Assembly (NCBI GenBank): GCA_001779925.1
Contig: MFEK01000016.1
Location: forward strand, 78,504-142,503
Origin: Candidatus Doudnabacteria bacterium RIFCSPHIGHO2_01_FULL_46_14
Lineage (GTDB): Bacteria > Patescibacteriota > Doudnabacteria > UBA920 > 2-01-FULL-46-14
Length of the DNA stretch: 64,000 nt
Direction: 5' to 3'
The notes beneath the pieces are model-generated. The model had not been told where the DNA came from, searched no databases, and saw only the letters and a program-made list of their open reading frames with translations. Within the stretch, counting starts at the first letter, position 1. Every line of letters begins with the position of its first letter. The translations under genes were made by a program, and so were the position numbers. Shown here piece after piece: positions 8,476 to 16,913 of the stretch.

Positions 8476-9801
8476 ATGTTTAAGGCTCAAGCGCAAACAG
8501 CCACAAAAACTGCGGAAAATCTCCATAAACGCCAGAAACAGGCCGAAAAAATAAGTCTTTCCAAGTACTTCCCCAAAGGAAGTGTTTATTTTTACGCTTT
8601 TCCGGCTGGAGAAGAGTCCAATTTTTACAATGCCGTCCCCCCATGGATCGAGGAACTTGTGGCAGCCCGGCCCATGATTTGCGCGGGAGACGACATCAAG
8701 GTTTTGAGCTTTGCCGCACCCGCAAATCCTGATCTCAGAAACGTTCTCGAGAATGAATGTGGTCTCAGTCTCAGCCATCCGGAACGGATCATAGCACTTT
8801 CCAAAAATATTTCTTCGGAGGTCCAAGGCCGCGAGCGTAACGAAATTGTCAAAAACAATCTTGCCCGTCTGTTCAGCGAGAAGCAGCTTATCATGGCTCA
8901 GCCATTCCTCGACCGCAATCTCAAATCTGCCTTTCAAATCGATCCGGAGCTGACCATTTGGCTGAACGACAAAAAAAACCTGCCATACCTTGTGCCCTCG
9001 CAATACCTGCCAGAGCGCCTGGCCGAGTTCACCAGCGGATCGGAATTCGCTGCTGGTGGCAACCTAGGAACACCCTGCGTGGTCAAGGTTTCTTCCTCGA
9101 GCGCGGGAGACGGAGTGCGCATTTGCCAAGGAGAAAAAAGTCTGGATCAAGCGCGGCAAGATCTAAAAAATCTGCGCGGTCATATCCTAATCGAACAGTA
9201 TATTCGAGCCCGTGATAATTACTGCGTGCAATTTGCCATACCTTACGACCCAGACCAAGACATAGAAATCATCGGCCAAAATCGCCAGCTCATTTCCCCG
9301 GCCGGAGAGTTCCTTGGCGCGGCCGTGGATCAGCACGATCCCAATCCAACCCTCGCAGATATCTACCGCGTCCTGGAAAAATACATCTTGCCGCGAGTAC
9401 GCGCCCGCGGCTGGTATGGCATCGGCGGCATTGACGTGCTCGTCGCTGAAAATGGAGAATTCTATTTCATTGATGCCAATTTCCGCATGACCGCCACCTT
9501 TGCTTATGTTTGCCAGGTAAAAAACGGTGCTATAAAAAAACCACTGATCAGTTTCACTGGCTCGTTCCAAGGTTCCCTTGATGAGCTGAAAAATATTTTT
9601 GCACCGCATGCGGTGCGCGGACACGCAAACCAGATTCTGCAAATGCTGTCCATAACGAAAAAACAAAACAGCTACTGGTTTAATGCCGGCATGCTATTTG
9701 ACCACCCGGAAACAGTCTGGGAAAACGCACAGGATTTGCTGAAGCTCGGGATTAATTCCCAGGTCCTGGCTAACCTCGCGCAAAAAAATAACCTAGTCTA
9801 G
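8476..9801 (+). CDS. ATP-grasp domain protein (carboxylate-amine ligase-like)
   Basis: ATP-grasp core GTPCVVKVSSSSAGDGVRI and GIGGIDVLVAENGEFYFIDANFR. Confidence 0.55.
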   Translation: MFKAQAQTATKTAENLHKRQKQAEKISLSKYFPKGSVYFYAFPAGEESNFYNAVPPWIEELVAARPMICAGDDIKVLSFAAPANPDLRNVLENECGLSLSHPERIIALSKNISSEVQGRERNEIVKNNLARLFSEKQLIMAQPFLDRNLKSAFQIDPELTIWLNDKKNLPYLVPSQYLPERLAEFTSGSEFAAGGNLGTPCVVKVSSSSAGDGVRICQGEKSLDQARQDLKNLRGHILIEQYIRARDNYCVQFAIPYDPDQDIEIIGQNRQLISPAGEFLGAAVDQHDPNPTLADIYRVLEKYILPRVRARGWYGIGGIDVLVAENGEFYFIDANFRMTATFAYVCQVKNGAIKKPLISFTGSFQGSLDELKNIFAPHAVRGHANQILQMLSITKKQNSYWFNAGMLFDHPETVWENAQDLLKLGINSQVLANLAQKNNLV

Positions 9802-11043
9802 CAATCGCGTTCCCGGAATCGGCTTTATAAATTCCTGCGCCAGAGTGAAACGATAAGCCCCTTGGTTTGGTATCACGATCACGTCCCCGGACGTGATTTT
9901 TTTGGCAAAAATATAATAGCCCCAGATGTCCCGCGGCGTGCAGAGCGAGCCATAAATGGGAAACCGAAGCTCGCGCTTGGAAAAATTACTTAGATTGATA
10001 ATAGGCAAATAAAATTCTTTGCCAAACTCCCAGCCCATCATGTTAATGCCACCGTCAGTGATAGCGAGCCCCTCTTTGACATCCACGATCCTCAGCACAA
10101 GATGCATGGCTTTCGTGGAAATGATTCGGCCCGGCTCTAAATAATATTCCGGTTTCAGAATTGACTCGAGATGTTTCTTGATTGCGATTTTTAAACTTTT
10201 TGCAAATTGCTCGGGACTAACTGCTCGGGTTGCCGAATAGCCTTTGCCGTTTTTCAAATACACCCCTTCTACCTTATTAGGAAAATATCCCCCGCCAAGA
10301 TCAATATATTTGATTTGAGAGAGCATCTCCGGAGAAAAATTCTTTCGCAAATACTGCCCCAATTCTGCAATGATCTTTACATTTCTATCCGCGGTCAAAT
10401 TGTGACTGGAATGAAACTGGATGCCCCGCAGATGAAGATTGGGAATTTCATTTGCGGCTTTCCAAAATCTTGCCAAGTCTTTCAGAGGAATGCCAAATTT
10501 TGTCCAATGCCCATGATGTTTACTGAAAAATCGTACACCTGCGTGAAGCTGAACCCGTTTATTTTTTAGAAGTTTACCCACGCGCGACAGCTCGCTGAAA
10601 TTATCAATATTGAGAATCACTTTACCTGTGTGTTTCAAGGCCAGTTTTAACTCTGCATCGGTTTTGCCTGGGCCAGTAAACAGAATCTCCTTTGCACCAG
10701 CCTTTAAAGCTAGGTTTAGTTCCCTGCCGCTCGACGCATCAAGTCCCCAGCCGTGCCGAACGACTTTTTGAAGTATGTGCGCATGATAGTTTGATTTGAT
10801 CGCGTAAAAAAACCTGCTCTGCGGCAAATGCTTGCGAAAGGCTTTCTGGAATTCATTAATACTTTGGTTCAGACCCAAATCATCAATCAAATAAAACGGC
10901 GTAGGGAATTTCTTGGCAATCGCCAAAATTTTTGCTTGTTTTTTCTTTATGTCCAAAACTACTTCTATAAATTTGTTCATAGCTTCGCCAGTATAACAAA
11001 AAACCAGCTTCAATTCATACCTCGAATAGCTTAAACCCAGCAA
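9793..11043 (-). CDS. PLP-dependent decarboxylase, Orn/DAP/Arg decarboxylase family 2 (fold type III)
   Basis: FYAIKSN PLP-lysine signature and the IDLGGGY second signature. Confidence 0.75.
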   Translation of the reverse strand: MLGLSYSRYELKLVFCYTGEAMNKFIEVVLDIKKKQAKILAIAKKFPTPFYLIDDLGLNQSINEFQKAFRKHLPQSRFFYAIKSNYHAHILQKVVRHGWGLDASSGRELNLALKAGAKEILFTGPGKTDAELKLALKHTGKVILNIDNFSELSRVGKLLKNKRVQLHAGVRFFSKHHGHWTKFGIPLKDLARFWKAANEIPNLHLRGIQFHSSHNLTADRNVKIIAELGQYLRKNFSPEMLSQIKYIDLGGGYFPNKVEGVYLKNGKGYSATRAVSPEQFAKSLKIAIKKHLESILKPEYYLEPGRIISTKAMHLVLRIVDVKEGLAITDGGINMMGWEFGKEFYLPIINLSNFSKRELRFPIYGSLCTPRDIWGYYIFAKKITSGDVIVIPNQGAYRFTLAQEFIKPIPGTRLLD

Positions 11044-11524
11044 CCAAGAAGGCGTGAAGCAGGGTAGGAATGAATAGGCTGTTTGTTAGTGCAAATATCA
11101 AACCAAGGAGCAGGCCTGCCAAGAATGTAATTCCAGAAAGTTTCCAATTCCAGCTCAGAGGGTAGAAACCTCTAGCGCCATTGAATAGATGAGCGATTCC
11201 GAATATGAGCGCGGAAAGCAAAACAGCAGTGGCGATATTGGTATAATATTCTTGAAAAAATCCCTGAATAATACCCCGAAAAAATATTTCTTCCGGAAAG
11301 GCAAACATGACGCCATACAGTACTGCTAAAATAACCCTCAATCTATGGAAAAAATAAACCCCTAGTAAAGAGGGGGCGATAATAATCACTATCGCTCCCC
11401 AAAGATGGTGGGGCAGATCATAACGTAATTTACCGGGGAGGAAAATAAAAAACAAAGGAGTTATTACTGAATAAAGAGCCAGAACTCCTAAATGATAGTT
11501 GGAAAGTCCGAAATATTTTTTCAC
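11015..11524 (-). CDS. CPBP family intramembrane metalloprotease (CAAX protease/Abi-like)
   Basis: EEIFFRG motif and FGIAHLFNG motif, multi-pass TM. Overlaps the downstream decarboxylase gene by 29 nt. Confidence 0.75.
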   Translation of the reverse strand: MKKYFGLSNYHLGVLALYSVITPLFFIFLPGKLRYDLPHHLWGAIVIIIAPSLLGVYFFHRLRVILAVLYGVMFAFPEEIFFRGIIQGFFQEYYTNIATAVLLSALIFGIAHLFNGARGFYPLSWNWKLSGITFLAGLLLGLIFALTNSLFIPTLLHAFLVAGFKLFEV

Positions 11525-11585
11525 GTTTATGCAATCTTCGACAAATCTGCTTCTGGCGTAAGCCAGCCGTAGCTTTAGCGAAGGC

Positions 11586-11659
11586 TGGAGCGGCTAACGG
11601 GAATCGAACCCGTGTCCTCTCCTTGGCAAGGAGAAATTCTACCATTGAACCATAGCCGC
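11586..11659 (-). tRNA. tRNA-Gly(GCC)
   Basis: Acceptor GCGGCTA/TAGCCGC, anticodon stem TCTCC/GGAGA, loop TTGCCAA, CCA encoded. Confidence 0.75.
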
Positions 11660-11666
11660 TTATTTT

Positions 11667-11741
11667 TGGTGCCGGGCCCCAGAGTCGAACTGGGCACGCC
11701 TGCCTCTTCAGGGCAGCGCTCTACCGATGAGCTAGCCCGGC
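11667..11741 (-). tRNA. tRNA-Phe(GAA)
   Basis: Acceptor GCCGGGC/GCCCGGC, anticodon loop CTGAAGA, T-loop TTCGACT, CCA encoded. Confidence 0.8.
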
Positions 11742-11794
11742 AAATTATTAAACAGCTTTTGTATTTTACCCTAACTTTTATTTTTTTTCAACCC

Positions 11795-12574
11795 TCACCT
11801 CAAACTGCTCCAGAGCTGGCGGAACCACATTACAAATGTGTCAACGATGGCTTGGTTTTCGATAATGATCCCCGAGGGATGACCGGTCATATCCAGAATA
11901 GCAATTTTATTCATCCAACATAATGTATCCGTGGGGAATTCTTTTTTCTCCTGCGGCCAGACTTTATGGAAAAAATTCTTTTGCTCATGCTTTTTTACCT
12001 GCTCGAGAAAATCCTTCAGCATAGGCGTTTCGCTGATGATTGCGTATTTGCGCATCTGCTCGTAGTAAATATGCTGATTATGTTCGATCCATCCGGGAAT
12101 CACAGTCTCCATCCGATCCGCGGAAAACACTACGTAAAAATTATACGGGCGTACCAACTTTGAAAGATCCTTGCGAATCTCCGCGTTGATGCTCTTAATC
12201 CCTTCGACCCCTTCAAAAAATCGCACCTTGGTTTTCTGCGGCATACTGCTTTGCAAAGCCTGGAACATTGGCGCAGCTTTTACCAAGTCCTTTTCTAGCC
12301 GCTGCATGTCCCTCTGTTTTCTTTCCACATAAGCTACGAGCCCGCCGTAATCTAAAGCCTGCACTTTTTTTATGCCATGCTTTTCTTCGAACTCTGCAAA
12401 AAGCCCTTTTTCTTTGAGTTGCTCGGCAATCTCATAAACATAAGTGCGGGCAACCCCCGCCTCTCTTGCGACCCGGCTAATCGGAGCGGCGCCGATTTTG
12501 AGCGCGCCTAAAAACACTTTGGTCTCATTCGTGCTCAAACCGATATCTTTCAATATCTTTTCAATTCTATCCAT
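11795..12574 (-). CDS. TrmB-family HTH transcriptional regulator (paralogue 2)
   Basis: IGLSTNETKVFLGALKIGAAPISRVAREAGVARTYVYEI winged HTH. Confidence 0.7.
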   Translation of the reverse strand: MDRIEKILKDIGLSTNETKVFLGALKIGAAPISRVAREAGVARTYVYEIAEQLKEKGLFAEFEEKHGIKKVQALDYGGLVAYVERKQRDMQRLEKDLVKAAPMFQALQSSMPQKTKVRFFEGVEGIKSINAEIRKDLSKLVRPYNFYVVFSADRMETVIPGWIEHNQHIYYEQMRKYAIISETPMLKDFLEQVKKHEQKNFFHKVWPQEKKEFPTDTLCWMNKIAILDMTGHPSGIIIENQAIVDTFVMWFRQLWSSLR

Positions 12575-12693
12575 AAATTCGTAAGTAATTTTCTTACACT
12601 ATTATATTATATCTTAGCCATAATCTCGTCAATTACTATTGAAATTGTTAAATTAATGTTTACAATTATTTTTAAATTCCTTATGATTCTTCG

Positions 12694-13683
12694 TTGAACA
12701 TTAATTTCCGCGGAATGAACACGAGTATTGATATCACAGACCTGTTCATCATGGCAGGTATTGAACACAAAGGTCGGGTACAAATAACTCACGAAGATAT
12801 GAGCGGGCTTGAACCGCACCCCAAAAACGATTGGCTTTACTTGGGACTCTTGTCTTTAAAAGAAATCGCGAAACGCGAAGGGGTTTTTATCCGCTCATCT
12901 GCGTTTATTGGGAGCGGTAATGGCATTGAAACCATAGCCGCACTGAAGCTTTTTCCAAATCTAGAAACCATTTTTATCACTGACCTGGTAAAAAATATTC
13001 AACCCGCGATCATCAAAAACATTACCGCCAATGCGAATGAAGAACTAAAAGGCATCAGAACCTACTGCTTGGAAGGACGCGACTGCTCCCCTCTTTCAGA
13101 ACCTGTTGACCTCATCTATGGGAATCTCCCCTTGATCATGATTGACCAAAGGGAAATCGAAAAACACCGCCTTTCACTCACGACTCTTACGGACGAGCAA
13201 ATGTATATGCATCTCTCGCAAGGACCGTATGATATGCTGACACGCTGGTCTCTGCTTTCTCAACTGGGATTTTTACTCAGCGCGAAAGAAAAGCTCGCAC
13301 CGGGCGGCTCTATTCTGACCTTTATTGGCGGACGAATTCCTTATTACGCAATCGAGCAGTGTTTTCGTAGAGCAGGGGTTGGCTATCGAAAGCTCTTTAC
13401 TTCGTTTAAACGACAAAGTGATGGGCAGTTTTTCAAACAGTACGCAGAATACGAAACCAAAGAAGGGGTAGATTTTGCCTTTTATGATTATAAGGAAGCA
13501 GTAGAAATCCTCCGGCAGAAGCTCGGCATAATCGCTCCAGAAATCATTGTCGATATTGAGGATGCTGATTTAAAAATCCTTCTTGCCCCAACGCTGATCT
13601 CAGCAAACAAGGCCTACGAAAATTATCAAAAAGGAATGTCGGTGGGACATATTGCGCATGCATTCGAGGCTTGGAATGACTAA
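12694..13683 (+). CDS. Hypothetical protein, possibly a Rossmann-fold methyltransferase
   Basis: FIGSGNGIE resembles motif I, ITDL a post-I acidic residue, and DLIYGNLPL a degenerate (D/N)PP(Y/F)-like motif IV. This is a weak call. Confidence 0.35.
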   Translation: MNINFRGMNTSIDITDLFIMAGIEHKGRVQITHEDMSGLEPHPKNDWLYLGLLSLKEIAKREGVFIRSSAFIGSGNGIETIAALKLFPNLETIFITDLVKNIQPAIIKNITANANEELKGIRTYCLEGRDCSPLSEPVDLIYGNLPLIMIDQREIEKHRLSLTTLTDEQMYMHLSQGPYDMLTRWSLLSQLGFLLSAKEKLAPGGSILTFIGGRIPYYAIEQCFRRAGVGYRKLFTSFKRQSDGQFFKQYAEYETKEGVDFAFYDYKEAVEILRQKLGIIAPEIIVDIEDADLKILLAPTLISANKAYENYQKGMSVGHIAHAFEAWND

Positions 13684-14578
13684 TTTATTGGGAGCGATCG
13701 GCAACACGCCGCTTGTTCAGGTGAATTTCAAAACTAACGCAAGGGTTTTTGCCAAGCTTGAATATCTAAATCCCGGCGGCAGTATTAAAGATCGCTCTGC
13801 TTTATACATGGTAGAGGAAGCGGAAAAACAAGGCTTGTTGAAACCTGGCGGCACGATTGTGGAGGCATCCTCTGGAAACCAGGGAATCGCCCTGGCGATG
13901 ATCGGCGCGGTTAAAAGATACAAAGTTATAATTACAGTCTCGGAAAAGATCAGCGAAGAAAAACTAAAAACTCTTAAAGCCTATGGTGCAAAGGTTGTGA
14001 TTTGTCCCGCCACAAATTTTATTGATGATCCAAAGAGTTATCATAGTCAGGCCAGAATCATACTGGGAAAAACGCCTAGGGGGTTCATGCCAAATCAGTA
14101 TTTCAATTTAAAAAATCCTGAGGCACATTATAACTCTCTTGGTCCAGAAATCTGGCAACAAACCCAAGGCAAGATTACTCATCTTTTCGCGGCCGCGGGA
14201 ACTGGTGGCACTGTAAGCGGAGCTGGCAAGTTCCTTAAAGAACAAAATCCTAAAATACGAGTGATCGCTGTGGACGCCGCTAGCTCTTTTGATGCGACAC
14301 GAGGACATCCGAAGCCCTACAAAATGGAAGGAATAGGTATAGATTTTAACACTCCGTGTCTTGACCGAGAAATTTTGGATGAAATTATCCCAGTCGCTGA
14401 TGATGAGGCTTTTGTCATGATGAAAATCATGGCTCGCAATCGCGGCTTGCTCGTTGGCACTAGCAGCGGCGCCGTTGCTCATGCGGTAAATCAATATGCG
14501 GAAAAATTCGAGGACGGCGATGTAGCGGTGATGATCTTTGGGGATTCCGGCAGAGCTTATTTGTCAAAAGATTATTAG
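13652..14578 (+). CDS. Cysteine synthase / cystathionine beta-synthase family PLP enzyme
   Basis: LNPGGSIKDRSALYM PLP-lysine motif and SSGNQGIALA. The real start may be ATG 13676 (MTNLLGAIGNTPL). Confidence 0.8.
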   Translation: MRMHSRLGMTNLLGAIGNTPLVQVNFKTNARVFAKLEYLNPGGSIKDRSALYMVEEAEKQGLLKPGGTIVEASSGNQGIALAMIGAVKRYKVIITVSEKISEEKLKTLKAYGAKVVICPATNFIDDPKSYHSQARIILGKTPRGFMPNQYFNLKNPEAHYNSLGPEIWQQTQGKITHLFAAAGTGGTVSGAGKFLKEQNPKIRVIAVDAASSFDATRGHPKPYKMEGIGIDFNTPCLDREILDEIIPVADDEAFVMMKIMARNRGLLVGTSSGAVAHAVNQYAEKFEDGDVAVMIFGDSGRAYLSKDY

Positions 14579-14647
14579 AATTAAAAAGCCCCAACGCGGA
14601 GTCGGAGCTTGAGCGGGGGAATTAAGTAACGGGGAATTTTACGCGAA

Positions 14648-14878
14648 CTATCTTCGCAGATTTCTTTGCGATCTTGGTTTGAAGTTCTCCATAAAGAGAA
14701 CTAAGGCCAGAATACTGAGCGCTACCACGAGTCCGGTTCTGACAATCGAGTCAAGCGCCGAACGACTGTCGTTCAAGCTGACTGCCGCGATTACTGCCAA
14801 AACCGCAAGAACAACTGCGAAGAAACAACCGGCGATGCGGTCGATTCTTCCGGGCAACCACACTACTTTTTTCATGTG
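14648..14878 (-). CDS. Small membrane protein, hypothetical
   Basis: Start refined to ATG 14876-78, which has an SD aaggagga. Two TM helices. Confidence 0.45.
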   Translation of the reverse strand, partial: HMKKVVWLPGRIDRIAGCFFAVVLAVLAVIAAVSLNDSRSALDSIVRTGLVVALSILALVLFMENFKPRSQRNLRR

Positions 14879-14967
14879 GGCTTCCTCCTTTGACTGCGCA
14901 GATGATAGCACAAAAACAGCCCTCTGTCTAGGGCTTGTTTACTTACAACTTATAACTCTACAACTTA

Positions 14968-15468
14968 CTACTTCTTCACGAGTCCCCACTCTTGCTTGGC
15001 GATTTCTTTATCGCCGGCAAGGAGTTTCACTATATCGGCTCGCGACACAATGCCGACGAGCTTGCCGTTATCAAGCACGGGCACCGGGTTGGCTTTTTTG
15101 TGCAAAAATGTTTCAGCGAGAGTCTCGAGCGTGTCGTCCGGTTTTGCAGTCATAACCTCTTCAGTCATAACCTCTTCAACCTTGGTCGCAGTGAGAACCT
15201 CAAGCTGTTTTTCAATCTCATCGCCGTTGGCGGGGTTGTCCAGATAAACGAAGCTCCCCAGTATGCCTAAAATTTTTGGGATATGGACAGGTTCTTCCAT
15301 TTTGACCAGGTCCTGCTCAGTCACAATTCCTATGAGTTGTTCGGCCTCATCCAAAACCGGCAAACCGGAAAGACCGTTAAGATACATAAGCCTTGCTGCT
15401 TCCTTGATCGAATCATAAGGCGTACAGAAGATTACGTTTTTGGTCATTATGTCTTTGACTGTTGTCAT
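14968..15468 (-). CDS. CBS-domain pair protein
   Basis: Two tandem CBS motifs. Confidence 0.8.
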   Translation of the reverse strand: MTTVKDIMTKNVIFCTPYDSIKEAARLMYLNGLSGLPVLDEAEQLIGIVTEQDLVKMEEPVHIPKILGILGSFVYLDNPANGDEIEKQLEVLTATKVEEVMTEEVMTAKPDDTLETLAETFLHKKANPVPVLDNGKLVGIVSRADIVKLLAGDKEIAKQEWGLVKK

Positions 15469-15539
15469 AGTTTTACGAATTACGAATTTTTACGAACTTA
15501 CGAATTCGTACATTCGTATCCATTCGTTATTCGTAAAGC
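15469..15539. repeat. TACGAAT-heptamer intercistronic repeat element, palindromic copy 1
   Basis: gttttacgaattacgaatttttacgaacttacgaattcgtacattcgtatccattcgttattcgtaaagc. Fills the entire gap between the nrnA stop and the CBS gene's start. Confidence 0.6.
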
Positions 15540-16514
15540 TTAAGTTATCTTCCACCCATTCTCTGTTTTCTCTATTGTCCCTTTAAATTTAAATCCTGCC
15601 GCCAGTTTGTGTCCTCCCCCGCCGAAGCTGCGTGCAATCTCGGAAACATCCACGCCTTTGTGAGGTTCGCTGCGTAGACTTCCCTTAATCTCAGAACCGC
15701 GCTGCTTTAAAAGCATGGAAAATTTCGCTTCGGGAATGGTGTTGAGGAGCTCTACTACCCCCTCGAGATCCTCCTCGGAAGCCTGAGCTTTTTCCAAATC
15801 CTCAGCTGTAACTACAGTATATACGACTCTGGCTTTCTCATCAAAACGGGCTTGGTCGAGTGCCATGGCCCAGACCTTCAGTTTCGGCAAATCCTTTTGC
15901 GAAGAGGTAAAACGCGAAACAAGATCGAGCCTTGCGCCTTTGCGCAAAAGCTCGGCAGCGATTTCCAGAGTCGCGGCCGTGACATTAGCGTGCCGGAAAC
16001 CGCCAGTATCCGTAAAGATCCCGGTAAGCAGACAAAGCGCCATGGCCTTGTCTATTTCCACCCCCCATTCTCCGAGCATCACGTACACGAGCTCGCAGTT
16101 GGCAGCCCGGGTTTCATCCCAGACATTTACTGTTCCAAACATTTGCGTATCGTGATGATGATCAATGTTCAAAATGGATTTTTGCCAATTGTTCAGCTCG
16201 GCAAATCCGGTGCGATCGAGCTTGCCGCAGCCCATGGTAAGGATCGCGTCGTAATTAGCAAAATCTACCGGCAGTTTGTCATACACATCGCTGTGACCCG
16301 GCAGAAAAAGTAAATTTTCCGGTACCCCGCCGTACGCCATACTCCAAACCTCTTTGCCCATCCCCTCCAAAGCTCGCGCAAGCGCAAGCACGCTTCCGAG
16401 GTCGTCCCCGTCAGTGTATTCATGGGAAATCAAAATAAAACGCTTGTTAGCGTTTACCAAATCATAGGCTTTCGTAAACTCGGTTTTTAATTCACTCTTA
16501 ATCTCAATCGCCAT
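15540..16514 (-). CDS. nrnA: DHH/DHHA1 phosphoesterase (NrnA-like oligoribonuclease / pAp phosphatase)
   Basis: DHH motifs SHEYTDGDD and NIDHHHD. DHHA1 motif GGGH. Confidence 0.8.
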   Translation of the reverse strand: MAIEIKSELKTEFTKAYDLVNANKRFILISHEYTDGDDLGSVLALARALEGMGKEVWSMAYGGVPENLLFLPGHSDVYDKLPVDFANYDAILTMGCGKLDRTGFAELNNWQKSILNIDHHHDTQMFGTVNVWDETRAANCELVYVMLGEWGVEIDKAMALCLLTGIFTDTGGFRHANVTAATLEIAAELLRKGARLDLVSRFTSSQKDLPKLKVWAMALDQARFDEKARVVYTVVTAEDLEKAQASEEDLEGVVELLNTIPEAKFSMLLKQRGSEIKGSLRSEPHKGVDVSEIARSFGGGGHKLAAGFKFKGTIEKTENGWKIT

Positions 16515-16839
16515 GCAATTTTTTTAAGACTTTGGAAATGTACTCGGCGTACTCGCCGGAAGAATCAGAGATAAAGGCAATGCGCGGCACTTTTTTCATT
16601 TCCAGCTTGTTATAGAGCACACCCTGGATTTCATAAATGTTTTTCTTCAAAATCTCCAGCACATCCTGCGGGTCCTGTCCGAGAGAAGAAAAAAAAATTT
16701 TCGCATGCTCCAAATCGCCGGAAACATCAACTGCGGTTACTGTAACAAGACCAGTGATGCCTTCCGGCTTATCTTCAACCAAGTGCTGGCTTATCAGCTG
16801 CTGGATTAATGAATTTACTTTCTCTTGCCGTGTAGACAT
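16504..16839 (-). CDS. rbfA: Ribosome-binding factor A
   Basis: RbfA pattern (KVNSLIQQLISQHL...GLVTVTAVDVSGDLEHAKIFFS) and position downstream of infB. Confidence 0.85.
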   Translation of the reverse strand: MSTRQEKVNSLIQQLISQHLVEDKPEGITGLVTVTAVDVSGDLEHAKIFFSSLGQDPQDVLEILKKNIYEIQGVLYNKLEMKKVPRIAFISDSSGEYAEYISKVLKKLHGD

Positions 16840-16913
16840 TCCCTACTAAATTACGAATAGTTACCAATTACGAATCCGGATTCGTAATTGGTATTGATTA
16901 GTAATTTGTAGGG
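16840..16913. repeat. TACGAAT-element copy 2, a long imperfect palindrome between infB and rbfA
   Basis: Contains ccaattacgaatccggattcgtaattgg and outer arms ccctac/gtaggg. Confidence 0.55.

Noticed and set aside
8449-9003. 184 aa ORF on the minus strand
   Set aside because: Lies entirely antisense to the ATP-grasp gene. No RBS and odd composition. Treated as a shadow ORF.
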